Shown here one piece after another: positions 41,211-54,800 of a DNA stretch of 64,000 nucleotides. Origin of the DNA: Octopus vulgaris (Eukaryota); NCBI GenBank assembly GCA_951406725.2, contig OX597826.1:28148001-28212000 (forward strand), given 5' to 3'. Below the pieces are notes generated by a model. The model saw only the letters and a list, made by a program, of their open reading frames with translations. It did no database searches and had not been told where the DNA came from. The translations under genes and the position numbers were made by a program. How positions within the stretch are numbered: the first letter of the stretch is position 1; every line of letters starts with the position of its first letter.

Positions 41211-41847
41211 ATAAATATATATATATATATATATACGACGAGCTTCTTTCAGTTTTCGTCTACCAAACCCACCCACAAAGCTTTGGTCGACCCGAGGCTA
41301 TAATAAAAGACACTTGCCCAAGATGTCACGCAGTTGGACTGAACCTAGAACCTTATGGTTGTGAAGCAAACTCCTTACCACACAGCCACATGAATGAATC
41401 TCATTCACCGACAGAGATTGCTCTTACTGCGCTCTTTCATTTCGCGTTCGTCGATGCGGGTGAATACGTGCCAAACTGAACACGGCCGGCGAGTTCCCGA
41501 AGTGCCATCGCGGTCCCATAGTACCGGGCCAAGAAAGAACAGTACTGAGGTCGTTATATTCGATTGAACCATTGAAGGAGGTGCCCCAGCATGGCCACAG
41601 TCCAACAACTGAAACAATAAAAGATAAAGGATGTCTTCGTGACTGATGTCTTTGTCTGCGTTTCTTTCCCCACCTCGTGACAACCGGTGCTAGTTTCTTT
41701 ACATCCTCTTAATACACACTGGAGTGGATTCGTCCCGCTAACGCTCTTCGAGTGGGTGCTTCAACATGGCTGCAGCCCAATAACTTGGACAGCTAAAAGA
41801 CAGAAGATAAACCTAATGTAAGTTGAAAATAAAGTGTTTAAGCTTCA

Positions 41848-42521
41848 GGCATAGGAGTGGCTGTGTGGTAAGTAGCTTGCTTACGAAACACATGGTTCCG
41901 GGTTCAGTCAAATTGCGTGGCACCTTGGGCAAGTGTCTTCTACTATAGCCTCGGGCCGACTAAAGCCTTGTGAGTGGATTTGGTAAACGGAAACTGAAAA
42001 AGCCCGTCGTATATTTATATATATATATATACATGTATGATTGATTGATTGATTCTAGTTTCAGCTCACGAGCTGTGGCCATGCTGGGGCACCGCCATAT
42101 ATATATACTACGATGATCCGGTTCTTGACTGAAGACTGAGGGTTTCGAATGTCCTGTCCGTGTTTATTGTATCGTCTTCTAAGAGTTATACGTTCTTGTC
42201 CATGTTGTATTTTTCTACATACCTTAACATATATTCCAGGCGCCACGTACCCTCTTAACATTAATGTGAGCACATATTCTTAATAACTGGTACGACTCTT
42301 TGTTTGTCTCTCTCTCTCTTTCACTTTTACTTGATCTGTCCCCTTCTCTCTCTACTCATCCTCTTTTTCTCTTCTCTTTCCTCTGATTCTTTGGTCTAAT
42401 CTTCCACTACCCTCCTATTTCTTTGTCTCGCTCTGCACTCACAGGTCGCTCTTCGACACCCATCCCTTCTCCTCTCTGATTCCTTCTTTCTCTCTCTTCT
42501 CGCTCTTTGTCGCGTTTGTCC

Positions 42522-42555
<34 letters not shown>

Positions 42556-43086
42556 GTTGCTTCTCTTTCTTTTCTTTTCTCTCTTCTCTGTCACGTGACT
42601 GCTGGCCGAAATCTGCCTTTCAGCTTCTGACCAGCGTCGTGTTAACATCGTTGTTTTTCGTCCGCCGCTATAGGCATCGCCGATAAGGCTCCTTTCCTTG
42701 CGCCAGAGAAAAAATTTGTTTGCTTGTTATCAGTCGTAAGACACTTGTTGTTGTTTTCACCGTTAATGCTTCTGTATTTCATGTTTCTGTATTCCATTAT
42801 TTTTTTGTTTTTTTATATTCGTCCCTTTTGCTGTCCTGGTGTCCGTATGCATTCGATCCTTCTTCCAGGAAATCTACGCTCCCAGCTTAGTTTTTCTAAT
42901 GCTCGTTGCTTAGTTTTTCTTGGAGGGCTGGCCGTGATCTAGTAATCTCAAGATTAATCAGCCGAAATTACTACGATGATCCGGTTCTTGACTGAAGACT
43001 GAGGGTTTCGAATGTCCTGTCCGTGTTTATTGTATCGTCTTCTAAGAGTTATACGTTCTTGTCCATGTTGTATTTTTCTACATACC

Positions 43087-43137
<51 letters not shown>

Positions 43138-43437
43138 ATATGTATGTGTGTGTATATGTTTGTGTGTCTGTATAATGTGTGTGTGTATGTGTGTGTGTAT
43201 GTGTGTGTGTATGTATGTGTGTGTATGTATGTGTTTGTATGTCTGTGTTTGTCCCCCCCCAACATCACCTGACAACCGATGCTGGTGTTTTACGTCCCCG
43301 TAACTTAGCGGTTCGGCAAAAGAGACCGATAGTGTAAGTATTAGGCTTACAAAGAATAAGTCCTGGGGTCGATTTTCTAGACTAAAAAGGCGGTGCTCCA
43401 GCATGGCAACAGTCAAATGACATACAAGTAAAAGAGC
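41848..43437 (+). mobile_element. SINE family A head (41848-42012) and tail (43240-43437), separated by nested insertions in its internal microsatellite
   Basis: Head and tail are collinear with the full-length copies. Confidence 0.7.
42106..43090. mobile_element. Partial-tandem element (863-bp unit, 122-bp identical terminal direct repeats), PLE-like; relatives at 34000-34340, 38862-39595 and 17485-17640
   Basis: 42106-42227 is identical to 42969-43090; both ends lie in (TA)n. Confidence 0.7.
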
Positions 43438-44347
43438 AAGCTAAAAAATGAGGAAGAATTAGCAGAAAATATTAAGAAATATTAGTTTCGCATTTTGGCA
43501 TAACAACAGCAATTTCGGTGGAGGGGCTAAGTGCATTTTAGTCACCCCAATGCTCATCTGGTACTTATTTTATCGACCCTGAAAGTATAAACTGCAAAGT
43601 TGACCTCGGCGGCATTTGAACTCAGAACGTAAAGTAAGACGAAATACTGCTAAGCATTTCGCTCAGCATTCTGCCCGGTGTGCTAACGATTCTGCCATTT
43701 TGCTACCTTATCGTCGCCTTAAAATATTAGAAAAATATTCTTTTCTACTATAGACACAGAGCTCGAAATTTTGGGGAGGTGGGGGCCAGTTGATTAGATC
43801 AACTCTAGTATGCAACTGGTACATAATTTATCGACCCCAAAAGGATGAAAGGCAAAGTCGACCTCCGCGGAATTTGAACTGAGAACGTAATGACAGACGC
43901 AATGCGGTCCAGCATTCTACCCGGCGTGCTAACGATTCTGCCAGCTTGTCGCCTTATTGTCGCCTTAAAATATTAAAAAAAAAAGTACTAAATATTTTAA
44001 GATAGGACATTCAAAATCACGAATAAAATTATCATTATAAAATGTTGGGTTACCCCCAAAAAGTCGATATTACACATGTGAAAACGAAAAGCAAAATACA
44101 ACACAAAATCGTACCAAAAAGCAACATGTTTATACCTGAGGAAGGAGCGTCTTAATGAGAAAATGTATTGAAGTGGAAAGAATGCTGAGTCTGGAGAAAC
44201 AGTAATGGCGACTGTATTGCGCATGACACGTGATATTAGAAAATGTTTAACAGCAAATAGATGTGCGGTCTCCCTTTCTCTCTCTCCCCTCTCTTTCTTT
44301 CCGTCTCCTTATATATGTTAGAGTGTATATATATATATATATGTATA

Positions 44348-44403
<56 letters not shown>

Positions 44404-44411
44404 TACATATA

Positions 44412-44445
<34 letters not shown>

Positions 44446-45478
44446 CATTACATACATATATGTACGTACATGTGTGAGTGTGTATATGTGTGTGCGCGCG
44501 TGCGAGTGAGTGTGTGTGAAGATAAAGCTCTGTAGAGCATGCAAATACATACATATATACATATATACATAAAATAATGCATATAGATACATATGAAAAT
44601 AAATACATAGTCAGACGTAAAGATATATAGATACATATATATACTTATAAAAACGAAACATACACACTCACAACTACACACACCACAGATTTACACACAC
44701 GCACATAAGCATACGTACATTCGTACTTGCCTACATACAAAGATATAGATATATACATATCCCGTTCATTCAGATACGTTCATTTTTCTCCACATTATTT
44801 TTCTCCCTCCATCTGTTTTCTTTCTTCATTTCCTTCTGTAAAAGAGCGTAGGTTCGAAACGTCACAGATTGTTTTTATGTTTCCTGAGCGTCAAGCTAAT
44901 ACACCCACTTTGTTGCTCTTTCACCTATCTCTCTCTTACGCTCTTATATTTTTTTGTATCATTTTGAACAATATATATATATGCATGTATGCATGCGTGT
45001 ATGATGTATCTATGTATGTGTGTGTGAATACATGTATCTATTTATCTTATAGATATACATCTATTCGTACACGCATACATACATGCATACATACATACAT
45101 ACATACATACATACATACATGCATACAGGCATGTGTGCATGCATGCATTCTGGTATGTATGTATCTATATGTATGTATGCGTGTATGAATAGATGTGTAT
45201 CTATCAGAAAGGCAGATCATGTATTCATACAGACATACATACATACATACATACATACATACATACATACATACATACACGCATGCATACATACATACAT
45301 ACACGCATGCATACATGCATACATAGGATAAGTATATATAAATATATATTCATACATACATACGTACACACACACACACCGTGAGAAAGGACACATACAT
45401 TAACACATGAAAATACATGAGGATATATACATATGCAGACACATTACAACAAATATTAGACAGACAGACATACAGACT

Positions 45479-45560
<82 letters not shown>

Positions 45561-46165
45561 CAATAAACTATAGACATAGATTGTTTTTCCTGTAGCTAGA
45601 GGCTCATCTTATTCTTAGCCAATACACTTCACATATTAATGAAAGTAGAAGAGAAAAAAAACCCAACATGTTTATGCAATGTTATTGGAATTACGGAATC
45701 CCATCACGAACTTCCGGGTTCAATAAATGGTAGAAGATAGCAGGGTGGAATTTGTGTATTGGTAAGGCTATGAGTTCTTCATACAAGAAAATTATGGTTA
45801 GTTCTATAATAATTGTTAGCATGGCCAAAATGTTGAATGGTATAGGTCTTTCGGCGAGTATTGTCTTTGTCTAACAGACCTGAAGAATTCATTCCGCCTT
45901 TCTTCTATTTATTTATTTATTTATTTATTTATTCATTTATTATTTGAGTTTTTTGCTTGTTTGTTGTTCTTCGTCTTGTTTTGGTTTTGCTTTTTTTTTT
46001 GCTTTTGGTTTTATTTTATTCTGTCTTTTTCTTTATAGAACAGTTTGCTATGCAGACTCGGTGAATATGATGAAATTGGTGCGTTGCGATGTTCGGAGGG
46101 CTACATTTCGGTGCGTGCGTGTGTGTGTGTGGTGTGTTATTAAAGTTCTAATAATTCGCTTTATC

Positions 46166-46223
<58 letters not shown>

Positions 46224-46362
46224 TATATCGTATATACATTATACATGTGTCTATATGTATATTTTATGTGTATATATATATATACATAAAATATACATAT
46301 AGACATGTATAATGTATATACACATTAATGTTCAATCATATACGTACATGTATATACATGTA

Positions 46363-46420
<58 letters not shown>

Positions 46421-46605
46421 AATATATATACACACACACATATATATATACACACACAAACACTAAATTAAAATACACACATATTCACAAATATAGATAG
46501 ATAGACAGATAGATAGATATATGCATATATATATTTATATTTATAGCTATATGCACACACACACACGCACGCACACAAACGCAAACACACGCACACATAC
46601 ACACA

Positions 46606-46654
<49 letters not shown>

Positions 46655-47294
46655 GTATATATCCATGTATACAATACATGTATATATGCAAGAATGTATA
46701 TAAAGGTGCACGCAAGTAGATATTCAATTTGCATCACAGGCCAACGGAATGTATAGTCATAATATTACCAATCGTTATTGCGTACGCCAGCAATATTTGA
46801 AGAGGTCCCTGAAGCACATAACACCAACAACAACACCAACACCACCGCCACTACCACCAACACTAACAACAACAACAACAACAACCTACAGGTGTAATAC
46901 GAAAGTATTAATAATATAGGGGGCAATGTCTCACGCGTGAAATCGTTGTTAGTTACCAAAGAATGGACTTCAAAATGGTTGGCAGTATTTCTTTTCTCAT
47001 CAACGTTTACGGTTGAATAAGAAGACTGGGCACCTTTAACTTGTAATATATTTTTTATACATCTATGCATATATATATATATACATTTTTTTTATTTATC
47101 TTTTGTATATTTTGGGATTACAAAATGAACGATCGACAGGGAAAAAAATCTTAAGCAGAATCTTAAACGCAGTTTCAATGAAAGTCTGTTTGAAAGGAGA
47201 GGATTTATTATGTTGTATACCCGGGAACGAGGTACGAGTCACACGAGATACACGCTTGCAATCTAACTTATATATATAGAGATTTACATAGATA

Positions 47295-47910
47295 TTCTTT
47301 TCTACTCTAGGCACAAGGCTCCAGTTTTGGGGGAAGGGGCACAGTCGATTAGATCGACCCCAGTACACAACTGGAATTTAACTTATCGACCCTCAAAGGA
47401 TGAAAGGCAAAGTCAACCTTGGCGGAATTTGAACTCAGAACGTAAAAACGGACGAAATAACGCTAAGCCGGTCGCCCGGCGTGTTAACGTTTCTTATTTC
47501 TTTACTGCCCACAAGGGGCTACACACAAAGGGGACAAACAAGGAAAGACAAACGGATTAAGTCGTTTATATCGACCCCAGTGCATAACTGGTACTTATTT
47601 AATCGACCCCAAAAGAATGAAAGGTAAAGTCGACCTCGGTAGAATTTGAACTCAGAACGTAGCGACAGACGGAATACCTATTTCTTTACTACCCACAAGG
47701 GGCTAAACACAGAGGGGACAAACAAGGACAGACAAACGGATTAAGCCGATCACATCGACCCCAGTGCGTAACTGGTACTTAATTTATCGACCCCGAAAGG
47801 ATGAAGGGCAATGTCGACCTCGGAGGAATTTGAACTCAGAACGTAGCGGCAGACGAAATACTGCTAAGCATTTCGCCCGGTGTGCTAACGTTTCTGCCAG
47901 CTCACCGCCC
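47295..47910 (-). mobile_element. SINE family B head-to-tail trimer
   Basis: Three GGAATTTGAACTCAGAACGTA-like blocks spaced about 180-220 bp apart. Confidence 0.85.
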
Positions 47911-48026
47911 TAGATATACTTAAATATAGACCCATACTTATGTATATCAATCTACCTATCTACCTACCTACCTATCTATTTATATATCTATACATACATA
48001 CATACATACATACATACATACATACA

Positions 48027-48058
<32 letters not shown>

Positions 48059-48225
48059 GATATATATATATATACATGTATATTTGAAGGGCAAGCCACT
48101 ATGTGGTCGGCCGTATGCTAGAAGTAGATCACCTACGATCAAACTACAAAGAAAGGAATGTTCTCTAGAGGAAAGTTCAGCGGACACCAGAACAAAATGC
48201 GGGCAAGACAGATGAACATTATATA

Positions 48226-48336
<111 letters not shown>

Positions 48337-48524
48337 GTATGTATGTATATATGTATGTATGTATATATGTATGTATGTATGTATATATGTATGTATGTAT
48401 ATATGTATGTATGTATGAATATATATATGTATATATGAATATATATATGTATGTATGTATGAATATATGTATGTATATATGTATATATATATGTATATAC
48501 TTTATTGCTAGAATCTAGCAAAAA

Positions 48525-48562
48525 CTGTCCGATGAACGGCAACGGGAAACTCAGAGTAACAG
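48525..48562 (+). ncRNA. Minimal PLE-type type I hammerhead (CCGAUGA core variant)
   Basis: CTGT/ACAG helix I; CCGATGA; ACG GCAA CGG helix II; GAAA; near-palindromic ACTCAGAGT; GUA site. Confidence 0.7.
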
Positions 48563-49124
48563 GTTTTGTTGAATTTTCTGCTGCTTTAAATAAAGCATAT
48601 TACTCTACCACTGGTATTACAGTACTCTTATTTCCACCTTGTTTCACATTTATGTGTTTACTCCGGTATATATGTATATATATATATATATATGTATATA
48701 TATAAAATCAGAATATGTATGTATGTACGTATGTATGTATGTATGTATGTACGTATGTATGTGTAGGCGCAATGGCCTATTGGGGTTAGGGCAGCGGACT
48801 CACGATCCTAGATCAGGCGTTGTGAGTATTTATCGAGCGAAAACACCTAAAAGAAAGCTCCACGGGGCTCCGTCAGTGGGTTGTGGTGAGCCCTGCTGTA
48901 CTCTTTCACCACAACTTTCTCTCATTCTGCCTTCTTGTTTCTGTTTTACCTGTATTTTAAAGGGCCAGCCTTGTCATACTCTGTTTTACGCTGAATCGCA
49001 GGCTGTTCCGTTGATCGAATCAACGTTGTAACCGACGGAGTGGCCCTGACCCCTATATATATAATAGAAATAATATATATATATGCATATATATATACGT
49101 ATATGTACATACTTACATTTATAC

Positions 49125-49177
<53 letters not shown>

Positions 49178-49503
49178 TATGCATATGTGGACACAGGACG
49201 TCACGAAACGCGTACAACAAAAATACGAAGTACGAATACATGGGGTATGAACTATTTTTTTGAACAACGAAAGACACAAATGGAAAAGAAGACAAACGAC
49301 ACAAAAAACGACCCTTAATCAGTTGTTGGCTGTTTTTCTACTCTCCTATTTCGAGCATTTAATATATATATATATTATTAAAAAGCAGCAAAAAATATAA
49401 CAAAAACTGTTACTCTGAGTAACAGCTTTTGTGATCATTTTGTAGCTTTTTGATATTCAAGTACTATTTTTTCCACCTTGTTTCGCATTTATGTGCTTAC
49501 TCT

Positions 49504-49538
<35 letters not shown>

Positions 49539-49682
49539 TTTATTTAAAGCAGCAGAAAATTCAACATATATATATATATGTATATATATATATGTATATA
49601 TATGTATGTATGTATGTATAGTCACTCTGCTGAATTCAAGGTTTGTGAACAATAATTATCCACATCACCTAATTGGCATGAA

Positions 49683-49766
<84 letters not shown>

Positions 49767-50174
49767 TCGTGTGTTGTATATGTATGCGCGGTGGAGGCGG
49801 TACAATTTTGCAAAGTAAGGTAACAATGGAAATCAGTACAATTACTATTTCAACTACCAACTACAATAATTATAACAAATACAGCAATAACAATAACGAG
49901 AACAACAACAACAGCAACTACCACAGCAGCAATAACTTCAGAAAATTTGAATGAACAACAAACCGTTAAGTAGCAATTAGAAAATATGATTAAGTCAATA
50001 GATTGCTGGGCAAGAAAGATTGATATACAACAGTGATTCACAAGTCCCTTCGGCATTTAAACGATATAGAAAATTTCGTAGTTGTTATATTTTTTGTTGT
50101 TGTAGCTTTTATCAGTTACTTTGATTCAATCATTAGACTTCGGCCTTGCTGGAGCACCGCCTTGAAGAACGTTA

Positions 50175-50598
50175 CGATCTTTTCGGTTTGAACGGCAGTT
50201 TTTTCTAGCGGTGTCATATGAAATTGTCACCCATAATTATGACCCTAGTATCGATCTATTGTATTTCAATCTGTTTTAGGGTTAGGGTTAGTTAGGGTTA
50301 GGGGTGGGGGAAGGGTATCTTTTTCTTCACAAATGTTAATAAACCCAATCTGTTTCTTAAACGAGGGACATATTCATACGGCACAGAATGTTTTCACCTC
50401 AATAGACGGTCATTGATTGGTTGAAATTGCCGAAATGCAAGAAATTAAAGACCAAATATCTTACAAACTATAGAATTTTCTCAATAAAGCCATGAGAAAA
50501 AGATGTTTTATAAACACATTCTACCAGTATACGAAGTTTAAAACTGTTTAGTTACCTAGAAATTATGTTAAAAACTGCCGTTCAAGCCGAAAAGATCC
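50175..50598. mobile_element. MITE with 8-bp TSD GAACGTTA, Merlin-like (GG termini); partial copies at 23536-23766 and 36136-36310
   Basis: TIR (G)GATCTTTTCGGTTTGAACGGCAGTTTT; TSD at 50167-50174 and 50599-50606. Confidence 0.85.
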
Positions 50599-51159
50599 GA
50601 ACGTTATTCGAAAGAATCGATCCCAAAACTTTTTTCTTTTTTCTTTTTACTTTTTTTTCCGCCTGGTGCACTCCTGAAATTTCCTGCTTCTCCGTTGTTA
50701 AAAACACAATTGGCTCATAATACATTCCAGAAATGCCATTCCCCAAAACTCATAATATACAGAGTCTGAGAGCGGCAGCTGGTAGAATCGTTAGCTCGCT
50801 GGACGATATGCTTTGTGGTACTTCGTCTGTCTTTACATTCTGAGTTCAAATTCCACTGAAGTCGACTTTGTCTTTCATCCTTTCGGTGTCGATTAAAGTA
50901 CCAGTTACGTACTGGAGATCGATCTAATCGACTGGCCCCATCTCCAAAATTTTCAGGCCTTGTGCCTAGAGTAGAAAAGAATATATTCTGAGTTCAAATT
51001 CCGCCGAGGTCGACTTTGCCTTTCATCCTTTCGGGGTCGATTAAATAAGTACCAGTTACATATTGGGGTCGGTGTAATTGACTCAATCCCTTTGTCTGTT
51101 CTTGTTGCCTCCTCCCTCCTATGTTTAGCCTCCCTGTGGGCAATAAAGATATAAATATA

Positions 51160-51356
51160 CAGAGTCCGCCAAAAGATGTATGCATACTTTAGGAAAGGAA
51201 AATAAACTGTAAATAATTTAATTCGGTGTTATTGCAATTTGATAAAACCTCGAAAGATGTAACTAAATATATTTATAAAGATATTTATACAAGTTAATTT
51301 TTCATACAAATTGTTTCCTTTCCTGAAGTGTGTATACACTTTTTTGGCGGACTCCG
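51160..51356. mobile_element. Tc1/mariner-type MITE
   Basis: TA-CAGAGTCCGCCAAAA...TTTTGGCGGACTCCG-TA; TIRs about 45 bp. Confidence 0.8.
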
Positions 51357-51704
51357 TATATATAAAATACGCTCCCACCAGATGCTGTTTGGAGCAGACG
51401 GCTTTGACCAAAGCCCTTTTAGCAACGCTTTTAGTTAAAATCCACCATCAGTTTTCTGGAATCTTACAATTTACTCTTGAGACGATTTGCAACGTTCTTA
51501 TATGCTAATATTATATCCTAATATTCCGATTACGTCAATCATAATATCGTATTCTGATATTTGATTAAACCACCCTAAATTCTATATTCTTATGTTCGAT
51601 TAAACCTGCCATGATATTAATTCATTCTAATATTTATTCAATCAGCTTTAATGTTATATATCCTTATATTTCTTTTAATCAAGGTGAATATTATATTCTA
51701 ATAT

Positions 51705-52440
51705 TCTTTTCTACTCTAGGCACAAGGCCTGAAATTTGTGGTGGGGGGCAGTCGATTAGATCGACCTCAGTACGCAATTGGTACTTAATTTATTGACTTC
51801 GAAAGGATGAAAGGCAAACTCGACCTCGGCGGATTTTGAAACCAGAACGTAGCGGCAGACGAAATACCTATTTCTTTACTGTCCACAAGGGGCTACACAC
51901 AGAGGGGACAAACAAGGACACACAAACGGATTTAGTCGATTATATCGACCCTAGTGCGTAACTAGTACTTATTTAATCGACCCCGAAAGGATGAAAGGTG
52001 AAGTCGACCTCGGCTGAATTTGAACTCAGAACGTAGCGGCAGACGAAATACATATTTCTTTACTACCTACAAAGTGCTAAACACAGAAGGAACAAACAAG
52101 GGCACACAAACGGATTAATTCGATTACATCGACCCCTTGCGTAACTGGTACTTATTTAATCGACCTCGAAAAGATGAAAGGCAAAGTTGACCTCGGCGGA
52201 ATTTGAACTTAGAACGTAACGGCAAACGAGATACCGCAAAGCATTTCGCCCGGCGTGCTAACGTTTATGCCAGCTCGCAGCCTTTAATATTTTTTTTCTA
52301 TTCTGGGCACAAGGCCCCAAATTTTTTTTTTTTTTTGGTTGTGGGTGGGGGCTGTCGATTAGATCGACCATAGTACGCAGCTGGTACTTAATTTATCGAC
52401 TCTGAAGGGATGAAAGATAAAGTCAACCTCGGCGTAATTT
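51705..52440 (-). mobile_element. SINE family B multimer
   Basis: Repeats with a period of about 182 bp plus a further partial copy. Confidence 0.85.
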
Positions 52441-52935
52441 GGTTATATTCTAATATTCGCCTGAACTAAAGCAGTGAGTTAGCAGAATCGTGAACACGCC
52501 GGACAAAATGCTTAGCGGTATTTTGTCCGTCTTTGCGTTCTGAGTTCAAATTCCGCTGAGGTCGACTTTTTCTTTCGGAGTTGATGAAATAAGTATTATT
52601 TGAACACTGTAATCGATGTAATCGAGTCATTCCCTCCCCCACACCCGGACATTGCTGGCCTTGTGCCAAAACTTCAAATCGATATTCGACTCAACTACTT
52701 AATATTATATTCTAATATTCGATTAAACCAGCCTCAGTTGTATTCTTTTATTCTTTTATTCTTTTACTTGTTTCAGTCATTTGACTGCGAACGACTTGTT
52801 TTTTGTAAGCCTAGTACTTATTCTGTCGGTCTCTTTTGTCGAACTGCTAAGTTACGGGAACATAAACGCACCAACAACGGTTGTGAAGTGATGGTAAGAG
52901 GGGGCGGACAAACACAGATACACAAATACATACAT

Positions 52936-53385
52936 ACGTGGTCTGATCAATAAGTATCCGGACTGCTGCGATAATAATGAAGCGAAGACATACAGAGTGA
53001 AACCGCTAGGTACAGATTTACCTTGAACTCTGCTGTGCATGCGCACTAGGTTTTAACATTCTAGCTCACTTCCCCTGCTCACAGCAGTACTTGGAAGGAA
53101 GCTGTGTCGCATTAACCATGATAGAAAAAGTTGAGCAGAGAATCAGCATCAAAATTTTGCCAAAAACTTGGTGATACCTGCTCAGAGGACCAGGCAAAGT
53201 TTTCAAAAAGTTTTTACCATTATCAAGGTGGTCTTGTGCAACTGAAAGTCGAATGTCATTTAGGTCAGCTGAAAGCAGTATTGGCTCAAACTTGGCAGAC
53301 ACGCGTCTCATACCCAAATCTTCGACTGAACTGGGATAATGGACTGAACTGGGCCGTAACTAATTTGCACATCATCTGATAAGTC
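52936..53385. mobile_element. Rearranged mariner remnant
   Basis: Plus strand EQRISIK/FCQKLG; minus strand DLGMRRVSAKFEP; TIR-like start TACGTGGTCTGATCAATAAGTATCCGGACT. Confidence 0.7.
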
Positions 53386-53917
53386 ACGGATTCGACGATT
53401 TCTCCTCATAGCTGCACGCATCACCGCTTGACAACCGGTATTAGTGTGCTTATGTCCCCATAACATAGCGGTTCGGCAAAAGAAAACGATAGAATAAACA
53501 CCAGACTTTAAAAAATATACTAGGGTTGATTCATTTGACAAAAAAATTCTTCAACGCGGTGCCCCAGCATGGGCGTTGTCTATTGACTGAAGCAAGTAAA
53601 ACATTAAAGATATATTGTATTCCACTGAACGCCAATGTATTCTCATATTCGATTGAACCAGTTTTGGCAGAATATATTTTCATATCCTGTAGATCAACCT
53701 TAGTCTTCTATTCTAATATTCGGTTAAACCAGCCTCAGTCGTACATTCTAATATTCCATTGAGCCAACCACTTATAGTGATTTATTATATTCTTATATTC
53801 GATTAAACCAGCCTTAATACATTATTCTAATATTCGACTAAATCAATCAAAAATGAACAATACATTTTGTTATTTTTACTCGGCGTCTATTTGTGGAAAA
53901 TTTGTAAAGCAAATTCG

Positions 53918-54800
53918 TTTCTTTCTTTCTTCCTTTCTTCCTTCTCTGCCTTTTTCTTTTCTTTCAGTCTGTCTTTCTTTCTTCTCCTCTGCCTTCTTTT
54001 CTTCCTTCTTTTCTTTTTTTCCATTATTACCTCCTCCCTCTCCCCCTTCCTCCCTTCTTTGTTTCGTTTTTCTTTCCTTTCTGTCTACTTCTATCCATTT
54101 TAATTTCTACATCTTTCTTTCCTTCTTTCCTTCTTTCCTCCTTTCTTTTTGCCTATCTAATCTTTCTTTGTTTTTTTACTTCTCTTCCTCCTTCCTTTTC
54201 CTTTCTTTCCATCGTTGTCTCTTTCTTTCCTTCATTTTTCTTCCTTCCTTTTTCCTTTCTATCTTTCTTATTTCTTTCTTTTTTATTTTATTTCCTTCCT
54301 ACCTTCCTTTCTTCTTTTTTCTTTCTTTCTTTCCCTCTGTCTCTCTATCTTTCTGTCATTCTTTCTTCCTTTTTTCTTACCTTCCTTTCTTCGTCCTTTT
54401 CTGCACTTCTATTTATTTCCTTCTTTCTTTTCTTCTTTTTCCTTCCCCCTTTCCTCCTCTCCTCTCCTTCCTTTTTTCTTTCTTTCCTTTCTTCCCGCCT
54501 CTCTCTCACTCTCTCTCTCACTCTCGTTCCGTCCTTATCTTCTTCTTTCCTGCATTCTTTCCTTCTTCTTTCCTACCCCCTTCCTGTCCTTCAACGTTCC
54601 CTTCTTCCTTCCTTCTGTCCTTTATTCTTTCCTTCTATCCTCCCTCTCCTTTTCTCCCTTTCTTTCTTCCTTCTTTTCTATCCTTCTATTGTTTCCTCCC
54701 TTAACGCTTTCTCTTGTTCCTCTCTTTCTATCCATTTCCTTCTTCCTTTCCGTCATTCTTTCTCTCCTTCCTTCCTTTTCTCTTGTTCTTCTTTCTCCAT
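53918..54800 (+). repeat. Polypyrimidine low-complexity tract, about 880 bp
   Basis: Almost only C/T (CTTT/CCTT variants). Confidence 0.9.

Noticed and set aside
42955-43025. Type II hammerhead or HDV-like ribozyme in the CGAAA...CTGAAGA...CGAATG motif
   Set aside because: Could not build helix I or the nested pseudoknot consistently across four copies.
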